A DNA stretch of 64,000 nt from an uncultured Parcubacteria group bacterium (GCA_947084965.1 CAMTUG010000003.1:64360-128359), one strand, 5' to 3'. Counted from the stretch's first letter, positions 37,799-48,368 are shown. Notes: generated by a model not told the origin, from the sequence alone. Translations and numbers: made by a program.

Positions 37799-38329
37799 AT
37801 GGAATTATTCTCTATGGATCAAAATGATTTCGCGATTAAGATATTAAACGAAGCGGGCGAGGTGATCGGATCAAAGCCGCGCGCGGAGATCAATAAGAAG
37901 TCGGATATCGTCCATTGCGCGGATGTATTGATCGTGCAGGGCGGAAAGATCGTCCTCGCAAAAATTCCTGTGGACGGCAAAGCGCTGTACGGCGGGATGT
38001 GGGCGGTGCCAACCGCGACGATGGTGCGGGTCGACGAATCAGCAGAGCAAGCGGCGCACCGATCGTTGCAAAAAGAACTCGGCGTGACCGGTGCCGCGCT
38101 CGTGTTCCTTGGCGATCATTTCTTTTCCTATCCCGACGGCGTGAAGCGCCTGAAGTCCACCTTCACGACAACGTTCGCGGGGGCGCTTCATCCAAATCCA
38201 GCTGACGTGGCTGAACTTCATTCGTTTACTCGAGACGAACTCGAGTCAGCAATCCATCGAACCCCAGAGATTTTTGCTCCGACTTTTCTCGGCATTTGGG
38301 AGGTCTACCACACAGAGTTTGCCGGTTGA
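37799..38329 (+). CDS. Nudix-fold protein (degenerate Nudix box)
   Basis: VDESAEQAAHRSLQKELG; layout similar to the gene at 24178. Confidence 0.7.
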   Translation: MELFSMDQNDFAIKILNEAGEVIGSKPRAEINKKSDIVHCADVLIVQGGKIVLAKIPVDGKALYGGMWAVPTATMVRVDESAEQAAHRSLQKELGVTGAALVFLGDHFFSYPDGVKRLKSTFTTTFAGALHPNPADVAELHSFTRDELESAIHRTPEIFAPTFLGIWEVYHTEFAG

Positions 38330-38372
38330 CAACCGGCCACTTTTTTTATAGGTTCGGCCCGGGAGAAAAACC

Positions 38373-39258
38373 ATGCCTGATTACCGTGCAGAGGCTTTGA
38401 AGTTCCTGGGGGAAGAGGTGACTCGTGTTGCGCCTGTGCGCGTTGGTCGCCGTAGCGGAGACGAGGTGTCGGGGATCGCGCGAGCCGTGACGGACGCAGA
38501 AGCAGCGTTCGATCGGGAGGCGGTCGTCCGGGCCTACGACGCAATGGCCGCACTCTACCCGACCCACATCCTCGCGGACCCCCTCGAGCTACGCTGAACA
38601 GCTCGTTGTCATTTGCAGCCACCTCGAACGGCTTCGCCCCTCGCGGGTGGTCGATGCCGGATGCGGGGTCGGGATCGGTACGACCTTCCTCGCCCGGGTC
38701 TTCCCGAGGCTCTCCTTTTCCGCCTACGACTTTTCGCCAGCAGCAGTCAGGGATGCTCAGGCGAGGGCGCTCCACCACAAGCTCACGAATCTCCGGTTCA
38801 ACGTCCTTCACCACGAGGAGGCGACGGCGACGCTCGGGCTCGGGTCGGCGGACTTCGTGATCGCTCGCGGATCGATCGGGTACCTGCCCGGAAAGATCCT
38901 GCGGTTCGACAAGATGCAGGATCCGGCGCAGGAGATCACTCGCCTCATCTACGCCAACGATCCGGTGATTGCCGAGTGGTGCATGCAGATGCAGGGGGTC
39001 ACGGATCTCGTGCGTCCGGGCGGGGCGATCCTCGACATCCACGTCTGGTCTGATCCGGCCATCGTCCTTCGGCACTTCCTCTACAAGAAGCTGGGGCTCT
39101 TCCCGCAGGTGGGTGTGCGCCAGCGGATCATCGATGGCGGGGCCTACCGTGCCCTCGACCGCGCGCTGCCCGGTTGGGATCAACTCGTTCCGCTCCCGGG
39201 AGAGATCGCGGAGATTCTCCTCCGTCGTTCGGAACTCGTGAACCTCTACACACGGTAG
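38373..39258 (+). pseudogene. Class I SAM-dependent methyltransferase split by a +1 frameshift at a C5 run
   Basis: The upstream ORF ends ...HILADPLELR*. Removing one C at 38579-38583 joins it to PSSYAEQLVVICSHLERLRPSRVVDAGCGVG (SAM motif I), giving about 294 aa. Confidence 0.75.
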
Positions 39259-39263
39259 AGACC

Positions 39264-39302
39264 GGCGCGCGGTCAGTACTTGATCGCGCGTCTGCTGTTT
39301 TT
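39264..39302 (+). terminator. ACT-loop hairpin after the methyltransferase
   Basis: GGCGCGCGGTCA-GTACT-TGATCGCGCGTC-TGCTGTTTTT. Confidence 0.65.
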
Positions 39303-39915
39303 ATAAAGCGATCGTTTTAAAGCATCCCCAAGATGTGCGGTGAATTTCGCATGGGCCGAGAGATTTGATGCGAGATGTGTGGAGCGCTGTCCCGTACCCT
39401 TTGTGTTGATTGAATGCGTAGTCGGGAAACTGTTCATGCAGAGCGAGCATCGTGCGATCGCGAGTGACTTTAGCCAGGATCGACGCAGCGGCGATTGACT
39501 TTACGAGATGGTCACCATGAATGATCCCGCGTTGAGGAATTGCGAGATTCGGAATCGTCCAGGCGTCGACGAGGGCAAAGTCTGCTGAGGGGATCTGTTC
39601 AATCGCCCTGCGCATCGCTAAGTAGTTTGCTGGACGTAATCCGATGGTGTTGATTTCATCGACCGATGCTTCGCCAATCCCAAACGCCGTCGCTCGCGTG
39701 CAGATCAGATCAAATAACCGTTCACGTGCGCGCTCTGTTTTTGTCTTGGAATCGTCTAGTTCGCCGAGGCGGCTGGAAATGGGCAGGACGACGGCGGCAG
39801 CAACTAACGGCCCGGCGAGCGCTCCGGCGCCCGCTTCATCAACCCCAACCACAGCCAAAAAACCCTGGCTAGCCAAAGAGCGTTCACGGAAAAAGTTTGG
39901 GTATTTAGATGACAT
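39301..39915 (-). CDS. rnhB: Ribonuclease HII
   Basis: GVDEAGAGALAGP, DDSK, IAAASILAKVTRD and HKGYGT. Confidence 0.95.
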   Translation of the reverse strand: MSSKYPNFFRERSLASQGFLAVVGVDEAGAGALAGPLVAAAVVLPISSRLGELDDSKTKTERARERLFDLICTRATAFGIGEASVDEINTIGLRPANYLAMRRAIEQIPSADFALVDAWTIPNLAIPQRGIIHGDHLVKSIAAASILAKVTRDRTMLALHEQFPDYAFNQHKGYGTALHTSRIKSLGPCEIHRTSWGCFKTIAL

Positions 39916-40065
39916 ATCCCCTAGGAAAGGGGTAATTGGTAAGTGGAACGTAGAGACGCGCATGTCTCTGTTTACCGCTTACTCCTTACCACTTTCCCTT
40001 GCCAATCAGACTATTTCTTACTAGTATACCCCCGTCTTCAAATAACCACCGTTTTAAGTATTTCT

Positions 40066-42042
40066 ATGCAAATCGTGTATCTCGCGATCGCCGCGTCCGT
40101 GCTCGCCCTCCTGTATGGGGCGTATCTTACTCGATGGATCCTGAAGTTGCCGGCCGGGGAGGGAAAGATGATCGGAATCGCCAAAGCGATTCAGGAAGGC
40201 GCGGCCGCCTACATGGCCCGCCAGTACAAGACGATCGCTGTGATCGGCATCGTTGTTTTTGCACTTATCGGCCTCTTCCTTGATTGGAAGATCGCGGCCG
40301 GATTCGCGGTCGGTGCGATCCTTTCTTCGATCGCTGGCTTCGTCGGCATGAGCGTTTCGGTCCGTGCTAACGTGCGCACGACCGAAGCGGCTAAGGCAGG
40401 GATGAAGGAAGCGATGAAGGTCGCGGTTAAAGGAGGTGAAGTGACCGGTCTCTTCGTCGTCGGTCTCGGTTTGCTCGGTGTCGCTGGGTTTTACTGGGCG
40501 ATTGGCGGGGACGCTTCGGCTGTGCCAGCACTTATCGGACTTGGATTTGGTGGATCATTGATTTCGGTCTTCGCCCGTTTGGGGGGAGGGATTTTCACTA
40601 AAGCGGCAGACGTCGGTGCGGACTTGGTTGGAAAAGTGGAAGCCGGAATTCCAGAAGATGATCCACGCAACCCAGCCGTGATCGCCGACAACGTCGGGGA
40701 CAACGTCGGAGACTGTGCCGGAATGGCCGCGGACCTGTTTGAAACGTACGCCGTGACCTTGGTCGCTGCGATGTTTTTGGGAGCGATTACGATGGAAGCG
40801 CACATTGTCTATCCGCTCGCCTTGGGTGCCGTCGGAATCGTCGCCTCGATCCTTGGTGGGTTTTTCATCAAGCTCGGCAAATCAGAAAACATCATGGGTG
40901 CCTTGTACAAAGGTCTCGTCGCTGCTGGGGGACTTTCTCTCATCGGATTTTATTTCGTTACCGAAAAGATGCTCGCTGACATGAACTTGTTCTGGTGCAC
41001 GGTGATCGGTCTTGCCGTCACCGGGCTCCTTATCATGATCACCGAATACTACACCGGCACCCAGTACAAGCCGGTCAAAAAGTTAGCTGAAGCGTCGCAA
41101 ACAGGTCATGGCACCAACATCATCGCTGGTCTTGCCTTGTCGATGCGCGCAACCGCCCTTCCCGTGATCGCTATCGTTCTCGGGGTGCTCATCGCCTTCG
41201 CTCTTTCTGGGTTGTACGGTGTGGCCATTGCGGCCGTGGCGATGCTTTCGCTCACCGGAATCATTGTGGCGATCGATGCCTTCGGTCCGATCACGGACAA
41301 CGCCGGCGGGATTGCGGAAATGTCTGAACTTCCAGAATCTGTGCGCGATGTGACCGATCCGCTCGATGCCGTTGGCAACACTACCAAAGCGGTGACCAAA
41401 GCGTACGCCATCGGTTCGGCCGGTCTCGCCGCCCTCGTGCTCTTCGGAGACTACGTTCATGCCTTGAGCGAAGCAGGAGTCAGTGCAATTTTTGATCTCG
41501 CTGATCCAAACGTCATCGCTGGGCTATTCCTTGGTGGACTCGTCACGTATCTCTTTGCCTCGATGGGTCTTGAGTCTGTCGGTCGTGCCGCCGGTGCGGT
41601 GGTCGAAGAGGTCCGCCGTCAGTTCCGCGAAATCAAAGGGATCATGGACGGTACGGGCAAGCCAGACTACGGTCGTGCGGTCGACATCGTGACCAAAGCG
41701 GCGATCAAAGAGATGATCGCTCCGGCTTTGCTCGCGGTCCTCGCTCCGATCGTTGTCGGATTCTTGCTCGGTCCGATCGCTCTTGGTGGACTCTTGATCG
41801 GCTCGATTATCACCGGGCTCTTCGTCGCCATCTCGATGACGACTGGTGGCGGAGCCTGGGACAACGCTAAGAAGTTTATTGAAAAGGGAAACTACGGTGG
41901 CAAAGGATCGTTTGCGCACCAGGCCGCTGTGACTGGTGACACCGTCGGTGATCCATACAAAGACACCGCCGGTCCAGCGATCAACCCGATGATTAAAATC
42001 CTGAACATCGTCGCGCTTCTGATCGTCGCACTTATCGTTTAA
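40066..42042 (+). CDS. hppA: Membrane-bound H+-translocating pyrophosphatase (K+-independent type)
   Basis: [40 protein letters not shown] and the GNTTKA signature. Confidence 0.95.
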   Translation: MQIVYLAIAASVLALLYGAYLTRWILKLPAGEGKMIGIAKAIQEGAAAYMARQYKTIAVIGIVVFALIGLFLDWKIAAGFAVGAILSSIAGFVGMSVSVRANVRTTEAAKAGMKEAMKVAVKGGEVTGLFVVGLGLLGVAGFYWAIGGDASAVPALIGLGFGGSLISVFARLGGGIFTKAADVGADLVGKVEAGIPEDDPRNPAVIADNVGDNVGDCAGMAADLFETYAVTLVAAMFLGAITMEAHIVYPLALGAVGIVASILGGFFIKLGKSENIMGALYKGLVAAGGLSLIGFYFVTEKMLADMNLFWCTVIGLAVTGLLIMITEYYTGTQYKPVKKLAEASQTGHGTNIIAGLALSMRATALPVIAIVLGVLIAFALSGLYGVAIAAVAMLSLTGIIVAIDAFGPITDNAGGIAEMSELPESVRDVTDPLDAVGNTTKAVTKAYAIGSAGLAALVLFGDYVHALSEAGVSAIFDLADPNVIAGLFLGGLVTYLFASMGLESVGRAAGAVVEEVRRQFREIKGIMDGTGKPDYGRAVDIVTKAAIKEMIAPALLAVLAPIVVGFLLGPIALGGLLIGSIITGLFVAISMTTGGGAWDNAKKFIEKGNYGGKGSFAHQAAVTGDTVGDPYKDTAGPAINPMIKILNIVALLIVALIV

Positions 42043-42165
42043 ACAGATTCGATGCACTTAGCGGGGCCTCCGGGCCCCGCTTTGTGTTGGGATGAAGCGG
42101 ACACCCTCTCGTAGTGGCTATCGAGCCTGCCAAGATCACGGACCACTTCCGGGCCGGCTTTCATT

Positions 42166-44517
42166 TCACCCTTTGCCGATCGCTCCCCGCGCATCCAAGA
42201 TTCCTTGCAAGCGCGCGTTCAAGTCTGCCATCTGTTTTTTGAGAATCTCATTTTCGTGCGACTCCTCGGCGAGCTGTCCCTCGAGGCGAGTAATACGTTC
42301 GCGCAAATGTCCTTCGCGCACGAAACTTTCGATGACGAGATCAGTGATTTCGCGCTGGTCCTTATTCGCTTCTTGCTTTGCCTCAATCTTTTGACTCACA
42401 AATTCGCGCAGGTCTACCCGCCCTGCTTTTACCTGTTCGTGGAGGGTGATGAGTTCTTCCACGTTCATTCCGAACACCGCTTTTTTTGAATACTTCACGA
42501 GCATCTCGGTTTGCGCTCTCTCGATGGAATGTGTTTGCTGGAAGGCCGGTTCCGCCAGTTTCGAAAAGAGGAAATCAAACCGGGTGAACGCTTTATCTGC
42601 CGTGATACTCAGGTCGGCCAGTTTGGTTTGAATATCGACGAGCTGATCGATGCGATACCTCTCATCGCTTTCGAATTTTGTTTTGTCGACGACTCCGAGC
42701 CTGATCAGCTCTGCAATCACGTTTTGACTGTCGGTGCGGTCGGCTGACCCGGTGTTGAATTGCAAAGCCTCTGGTCGATAGAGGTCGGTCGACTTTTCTG
42801 ATCGCTCGATTCCACCCCGGGCGCGGCGCACCGTTTCGACCGCTTCAGAGAGCGTCTGTTCTTCCTGTTCTGTCCCGTTAAATAAAATCGTAAACTCGTC
42901 GCCGGCGTAGCGGTACGCCTGGGCCCGCCCCTCGAGTCCTGCACGTTTGATCGCCTCTTCCATCAACTCCGCCGCATTCTGAATGGCAACGTTACCGACC
43001 TCGCGTCCGCCTTGCTGATTGAAGTATTTCAAAAATGCCAAGTCAATGAAGAACATGCGGACTTCGCCCCCGTTTTTTTCTGCTTCACGGTGCATCTCTT
43101 TGATGCGGCCATAGAACTCCCCGCGGTTGGGCAGACCGGTCAGGCGGTCGTATCTGTTTTGCTCAACGCGGAACTTGCGCTCCACAAGTCCGAGCGCTTT
43201 TTGCACCTCAGCTGGGTTTTGATAATCAACAACTACTCCTTTTGGAAGTTCTCCGTAGCGTTCGACGACCTGTCGCGCTTTGTCTGTTTGTGTCGGATCC
43301 GTCGTTGCAGATTCCAGCTGACGTTTAAAGGCATTCAGTTCGTTGTTCCCTTGGGTGCGCGCCTGGCGCTTGGCAAGTTCAGCCGACGAAACGGTCGGGA
43401 GTTCTTTGAGCTTGGCGCGTTCTGTTTCGCTAAAGCGTTCTGGCAAGGTAAGTTCACGGCCTACGACCGCATCGAGCATTGCCCCTTCGGCTGCGTCGGC
43501 GGTTTGGCGCTCACGGGCAAATTGATCGACGACCAGCGCGAACGCAATGTCAGCCGCCTTGTTTTCAAATCTTTCGCGTGATTCAGTGGGATCGAAGTCT
43601 TCAAAGTTGGCAAGCGCGGTCCCTTCGAACCCTTTGGCAATATACTTTGCGAAAAACGGCTCAGCCTCAGCATCTCCCCGCGCTTTTTTCTCAAAGACCC
43701 GTGTCGCATTGGTGAGAAGGCGAGAAACTTCTGATTGAAACTCCGGGGCACGCTTGGTGATGTCAATCAGCATGCGCGTAGCGTCTTTGCCGGCAACACG
43801 GTGGTCAGGGGCTAGGTGGCTTTGAATGCGGTTGAACATCTCGATCGCTCGATCTTGGCGAATTGACACCGCGGTCAACGGCGGGCGTTCCTTTCCTTTA
43901 ACGACTTCAGGCGCTCCGTCGATGACTTTCTGTGTGATCTGTTCAGCTATGCGATCGCTTTCAGACCCTCCGGTGGGTGTTTTAAGCCGGACGATGAAGT
44001 CGCTTCCGCGCAGGCGATAGATATCATAGGCGGCAGAGAGCGCATCCGGCTCCGTGATGCCCGCGTCGAGCAGTCGGTTGCGCACAGCCTGTTCAACGGC
44101 CTTTACCGTTTCAGAGAGCGCCTTGTTTCCTGCTTCGTGTCCTCCTTCGTCGTTGATGCGATCAAGTTCGGTGATGGAAATCATGAACACGTGTGAGCGC
44201 TCATCTTGTTCTGTCGGAATGAGCACACCGTGTGCGTTGAGTTCGAGCCCCCCGTCGCGTTCCTCAAGGGCACGGGCGAGGTCAGCGCCTAGGCGTTCGG
44301 ATTTATACGCTCCGGCATTGTCGTGCTCCCCGCCGAATTCACGCAGCTGTTCTTCGGCATCAAGAACGTCAAGGGCGCTCAGTTCCCCGGCAGCGTGTTG
44401 TCGGCGCGCTTCGGCCAGGTTGGCCTGCAGCGCTTCGAGACGCCCGGTAAATTTCGGACCTTGATATTCAATGCCGGTGAAAAAGTCTTCCTCTATTCCA
44501 GATTCATTCTCCATCAT
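42166..44517 (-). CDS. Protein with two GGDEF-like domains (one degenerate)
   Basis: N-terminal domain: INDEGGHEAGN...RLRGSDF. C-terminal domain: DRLTGLPNR, FIDLAFLKYFN and RYAGDEF. C-terminal coiled coil. Confidence 0.8.
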   Translation of the reverse strand: MMENESGIEEDFFTGIEYQGPKFTGRLEALQANLAEARRQHAAGELSALDVLDAEEQLREFGGEHDNAGAYKSERLGADLARALEERDGGLELNAHGVLIPTEQDERSHVFMISITELDRINDEGGHEAGNKALSETVKAVEQAVRNRLLDAGITEPDALSAAYDIYRLRGSDFIVRLKTPTGGSESDRIAEQITQKVIDGAPEVVKGKERPPLTAVSIRQDRAIEMFNRIQSHLAPDHRVAGKDATRMLIDITKRAPEFQSEVSRLLTNATRVFEKKARGDAEAEPFFAKYIAKGFEGTALANFEDFDPTESRERFENKAADIAFALVVDQFARERQTADAAEGAMLDAVVGRELTLPERFSETERAKLKELPTVSSAELAKRQARTQGNNELNAFKRQLESATTDPTQTDKARQVVERYGELPKGVVVDYQNPAEVQKALGLVERKFRVEQNRYDRLTGLPNRGEFYGRIKEMHREAEKNGGEVRMFFIDLAFLKYFNQQGGREVGNVAIQNAAELMEEAIKRAGLEGRAQAYRYAGDEFTILFNGTEQEEQTLSEAVETVRRARGGIERSEKSTDLYRPEALQFNTGSADRTDSQNVIAELIRLGVVDKTKFESDERYRIDQLVDIQTKLADLSITADKAFTRFDFLFSKLAEPAFQQTHSIERAQTEMLVKYSKKAVFGMNVEELITLHEQVKAGRVDLREFVSQKIEAKQEANKDQREITDLVIESFVREGHLRERITRLEGQLAEESHENEILKKQMADLNARLQGILDARGAIGKG

Positions 44518-44571
44518 AGTGCTCACATAGTACCGTAAATGCGAAGAGGAGCACACCGTCTTGTGTACTCC

Positions 44572-44802
44572 TCATTTGGGGACGATCCTGTTGATCGCGG
44601 ATGGGGTGTTGCGCACCGGGAAGGTGCGCTCGAGGACTTCCAGAGCTGCCTCGCCTTCTGTCTGCGACATCTGCCGCCAGTTCTCGACATGCACCTCGCG
44701 TCCGAGTCGCCGTGTAATGGTGTTGAACGCGGCTTGTGGCGCCCCGCACCGCTTGGCGGAGAAGATGATCGCCTGGATGGCTGTAAGGGTCTGTTCGTTC
44801 AT
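44572..44802 (-). CDS. Small hypothetical protein (GC-rich orphan)
   Basis: 76 aa. AAGGAG SD, promoter TTGACG-17-TAGCTT at 44878-44850, and a hairpin at the stop. Confidence 0.65.
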   Translation of the reverse strand: MNEQTLTAIQAIIFSAKRCGAPQAAFNTITRRLGREVHVENWRQMSQTEGEAALEVLERTFPVRNTPSAINRIVPK

Positions 44803-44882
44803 AGGACTCCTTTGGCTGGGAGGCGATAAGATCCTCCTGACAACGACTCAAGCTAGCAAGACCATCGCTGTCCGTCAAGCGG

Positions 44883-44911
44883 TTGACGCTCCGGGGGTTT
44901 TTGGTTAATCT
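44883..44911 (+). promoter_or_regulatory. Sigma70 promoter of tig (near-leaderless)
   Basis: TTGACG-17-TAATCT with 9 nt between the -10 hexamer and the ATG. Confidence 0.65.
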
Positions 44912-44920
44912 TCCGACACT

Positions 44921-46210
44921 ATGGCAACTATTAAACGCGAAGATGTAAAGGACCGGAGCGTGAAATTAACGATCGAAGTGCCGCTTTCCGAGATGCAACC
45001 GTTCTTGGACGAAGCCGCGAAGAAGATTTCCGAGGTGGCGACGATCCCGGGATTTCGCCCGGGGCACGCCTCGTATGAAGCGGTCAAAGGAAATGTTGGG
45101 GAGATGAAGATTTACGAAGAAGCGCTCGAGGGCATTGTGCGCAAGACGTATGTGGAAGCGATTGAGAGCGAAAAACTCGAGTCGGTCGGTGCGCCAGAAA
45201 TCAATGTTGAAAAAATGGCTCCCGGGAACGCCTTGGTGTACACGGCCACAGTTGGGTTGATGCCGACCGTTGAGAAGCTCGCCGACTTCACCACGTTGAA
45301 GGTCGAGAAAAAGGATGTCTCGATGCAGCCATCAGATTTGGAAGGGGCGTTGAAGGAACTGCAAAAGATGCAGACCAAAGAGGTGCGCGCTAAAGCCGAC
45401 GAAGCCGCGACCAAAGCAGACAAAGCGGTCGTTGACATGCACATGTTCCACCAGAAGGTGGCGCTTGAAGGCGGCGACGCGCACGGCTACCACGTCTTCT
45501 TGAACGAACCACATTACATCCCGGGATTTAGCGAGCAGTTGGTTGGGATGAAGGAAGGGGAAGAAAAGAAGTTTGCTTTGCCGTTCCCTAAAGACCATTA
45601 CCAAAAGCATTTGGCTGGTAAAGATGTGGACTTTGAAGTGAAGCTGGCCGAACTGTATCACCTTGATCACCCAGATCTGGATGATGCGTTCGGTGTTTCT
45701 CTTGGATTCAAAAATTTGGCCGAGTTGAAAGATCGTTTGCAGACGAATATCCAGGATGAAAAGTTGACCGAAGAAAATATGCGCTTGGAGCGCGCGGTGC
45801 TGGATGCGGTTGCTGACGGCTCGCGCTTCAGCGAAATTCCGGAGTTGTTGGTCAATGACGAAGTGAATAAAATGGTGCACGAGATTGAACATAATGTGAC
45901 CGAACAAGGGATGGACTTCAACCAGTACTTGAAGTCGATCAACAAAACAATCGGCCAGCTGAAGATGGATTTTGTTCCGCAGGCGATTCAGCGCATCAAA
46001 GTGATGCTCGTCTTGCGTGAAGTGGCCAAGCAGCAGAACGTGACGGTCGATCCAAAGGATCTCGATCACGAAATCGACACTGTTGCCGCACGCTACGAAG
46101 ACAAGGAATCAAAAGATCGGATCTACTCTCCGATGTACCGCGAATATATGGAGGGTGTCATGCGCAATAAGAAGGTCGTTGACCTGTTGAAAGCAGCGAT
46201 GGTCAAGTAG
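44921..46210 (+). CDS. tig: Trigger factor
   Basis: Ribosome-binding signature IPGFRPGH and FKBP domain YIPGFSEQLVG. Confidence 0.95.
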   Translation: MATIKREDVKDRSVKLTIEVPLSEMQPFLDEAAKKISEVATIPGFRPGHASYEAVKGNVGEMKIYEEALEGIVRKTYVEAIESEKLESVGAPEINVEKMAPGNALVYTATVGLMPTVEKLADFTTLKVEKKDVSMQPSDLEGALKELQKMQTKEVRAKADEAATKADKAVVDMHMFHQKVALEGGDAHGYHVFLNEPHYIPGFSEQLVGMKEGEEKKFALPFPKDHYQKHLAGKDVDFEVKLAELYHLDHPDLDDAFGVSLGFKNLAELKDRLQTNIQDEKLTEENMRLERAVLDAVADGSRFSEIPELLVNDEVNKMVHEIEHNVTEQGMDFNQYLKSINKTIGQLKMDFVPQAIQRIKVMLVLREVAKQQNVTVDPKDLDHEIDTVAARYEDKESKDRIYSPMYREYMEGVMRNKKVVDLLKAAMVK

Positions 46211-46298
46211 ACAAAAGCAAGGAGAAAGGAGAAAATGGTGAGCGGAGACGCAAAGAGTGTCTCCGCTTTCTGATTACGGCTAACTGATTTCTAGCATT

Positions 46299-47138
46299 AT
46301 GCGTTTTGGAGCTCATGTCAGTGCGGCCGGAGGATTATTTAACGCCCCAGTGAACGGGGGTAATTTAGGGTGCGAAGTGATCCAGATTTTTTCGCGCCCG
46401 CCTCAATCTTGGGCGGTGAAGCCGATCAGCGACGAAGATGCGGCCAAGTATCGTGCAGCGACCAAGGAGTATAAGATCGAGGCGACGTATATTCATGCGC
46501 CGTACTTGATTAATCTTGCGAGCTCGACTCCGCGCACGCGCCACGGATCGGTGACGATGTTGCGACAAGAATTAGAACGCGGGTCGCAGATCGGCGCCAA
46601 GGCGATGATGTTTCACCCGGGATCAGCCAAAGATGTTGGACAAGAAGCGGGCGTCAAAATGGTGATCGAAGGACTGAATCGCATCATGGATAAGTACGAT
46701 GGATCCTGTCAGTTGTTGATTGAGATCTCCGCCGGTGCAGGAGCAGTGATGGGTGACAGCTTTGAAGAGATCGCCGCGTTCATCGACGGCGCGGAGCGCG
46801 GAAAAGAGATTGGGGTCTGTTTTGACACCCAACACGCCTTTGCTTCCGGTTATGACCTGCGCACCAAAGCGGACGTGGATGCGACATTTAAAAAGTTCGA
46901 TAAGTTGATCGGGCTCAAAAAGCTCGTCGCTTCACATTGTAATGATTCAAAGATTGAACTGGGCGGGCACAAAGATCGCCATGAACATTTGGGTGATGGA
47001 TTTATTGGGCTCAAAGGATTCGAAGCGATCGTTGCGCACCCCAAACTCCAGCATATCGACTTGATTCTCGAAACGCCAATCGACGACGGAGTCAAAAAAG
47101 ATTTGGCCTTCCTGAAAAAGTTTCGTGGTAAGAAATAA
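46299..47138 (+). CDS. nfo: Endonuclease IV
   Basis: GAHVSAAGG, HAPYLINLAS, CFDTQHAFASG, HCNDSK and DRHEHLG. Confidence 0.95.
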   Translation: MRFGAHVSAAGGLFNAPVNGGNLGCEVIQIFSRPPQSWAVKPISDEDAAKYRAATKEYKIEATYIHAPYLINLASSTPRTRHGSVTMLRQELERGSQIGAKAMMFHPGSAKDVGQEAGVKMVIEGLNRIMDKYDGSCQLLIEISAGAGAVMGDSFEEIAAFIDGAERGKEIGVCFDTQHAFASGYDLRTKADVDATFKKFDKLIGLKKLVASHCNDSKIELGGHKDRHEHLGDGFIGLKGFEAIVAHPKLQHIDLILETPIDDGVKKDLAFLKKFRGKK

Positions 47139-47139
47139 T

Positions 47140-47556
47140 ATGGATCCGAAAATTTCTGAACAACGTCCAAAAGTAGGTCTTGCGGTTATTGTCCGTCGTG
47201 AAGGGAAATACTTGCTCGGAAAACGCATTAACTCTCATGGGCATCAGACCTGGTGTATGCCTGGAGGTCATCTGGAGTTCGGTGAGTCATTTGAAGAAAC
47301 AGCCAGACGTGAAGCAATGGAAGAGGCAGGGGTCGCATTAATCGATGTAAAGTTTCTTCACGCAACGAATGACATCTTTGAACCAGAAGGGAAACACTAC
47401 GTCACTATTTTTATGAGCGCCTTGACGACGGATGATCCAGAAGTGCGTGAGCCGGATAAGATGATCGAATGGGGATGGTTTTCTTGGGATGCTTTGCCGG
47501 AGCCACTATTTTTACCGATCGTAAATTTGATGCGCGATCAGATTCGTCCGGAATAG
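47140..47556 (+). CDS. Nudix hydrolase (MutT/NUDT15-like)
   Basis: PGGHLEFGESFEETARREAMEEAG, TNDIF and EPDK. Confidence 0.9.
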   Translation: MDPKISEQRPKVGLAVIVRREGKYLLGKRINSHGHQTWCMPGGHLEFGESFEETARREAMEEAGVALIDVKFLHATNDIFEPEGKHYVTIFMSALTTDDPEVREPDKMIEWGWFSWDALPEPLFLPIVNLMRDQIRPE

Positions 47557-47564
47557 TTTTAATT

Positions 47565-47789
47565 ATGCTCCTCACCGTTCATGTTCAACCGAACGCTAAG
47601 AAGGCAGAGATTGTTAAATGGCTTGATGAAGACACGGTAAAGATCAAAATCTCTGCACCAGCGGTTGATGGCAAGGCAAACGCAGCTTTAGTGGATTTAC
47701 TTGCAGATTATTACGACATACCACGCTCCAGCGTTCAGATCGTCCGCGGCCTAACGGCAAGGATGAAGCAGGTGGAAATTCGGAAATAA
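47565..47789 (+). CDS. DUF167 (YggU-like) protein
   Basis: VHVQPNAKK, APAVDGKANAAL and GLTARMK. Confidence 0.9.
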   Translation: MLLTVHVQPNAKKAEIVKWLDEDTVKIKISAPAVDGKANAALVDLLADYYDIPRSSVQIVRGLTARMKQVEIRK

Positions 47790-47948
47790 AAAATCCCCTT
47801 GCGGGGGCTGCGAGAGACGCGATGTTACGAGGTCGAGTATATCTGTTGCAAGTGCGAGGAGAGAGATTTTGCTCACCCGAAGGCAAGCGAGCTCTTGCGG
47901 GACATATCCGACACCATCGGACTCTCACAGCCCTCGGGAGGGGATCTT

Positions 47949-48072
47949 GTGGATTTCCCAAAATCGCGATCTGCTCGGGCTTCGGCTTCGCTCCGGCTCA
48001 CCGTAGATTTGACTACGCCTCGCCGTCGCTTGCCTCCAGCCCTTCGCATCTCATCGATTTTTTGAAATCCAC
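47949..48072. repeat. Structured repeat element, copy 2
   Basis: Same core as 33308-33432, closed by GTGGATTTC..AAAATCG / CGATTTT..GAAATCCAC. Confidence 0.8.
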
Positions 48073-48258
48073 TCGGACTAGGATCTCATTATAAGTTGGC
48101 AATTCGGTCCTGACAAGCTCCTTGGAAGGTTGGAGAAAGAGAAATTGGACAGTGGGTAGAAACCGTATCCAACCAGAGAAGCGATCGGTGCGAAGAAAGC
48201 CGGAGCCTTGTTTGCATCAATCTGTTCCCCCTCTCTCCCTCCAACCTTACAAGGAACG

Positions 48259-48368
48259 TCTGAAAATGGCGACCTGCTCGTGCTTCGGCATCACTCCGGC
48301 TCACCGTAGGGTTCGCTACGCCTCGCCGTCGTTCGCCTCCAGCCCTTCGCATCTCATCCATTTTCAGA
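48259..48368. repeat. Structured repeat element, copy 3
   Basis: Same core, closed by TCTGAAAATGG / CCATTTTCAGA. Confidence 0.8.

Noticed and set aside
38595-38597. TGA recoding (genetic code 25) explaining the split methyltransferase
   Set aside because: The downstream half is in a different frame, and TGA ends other genes (rmuC, HNH, polA neighbours) normally.
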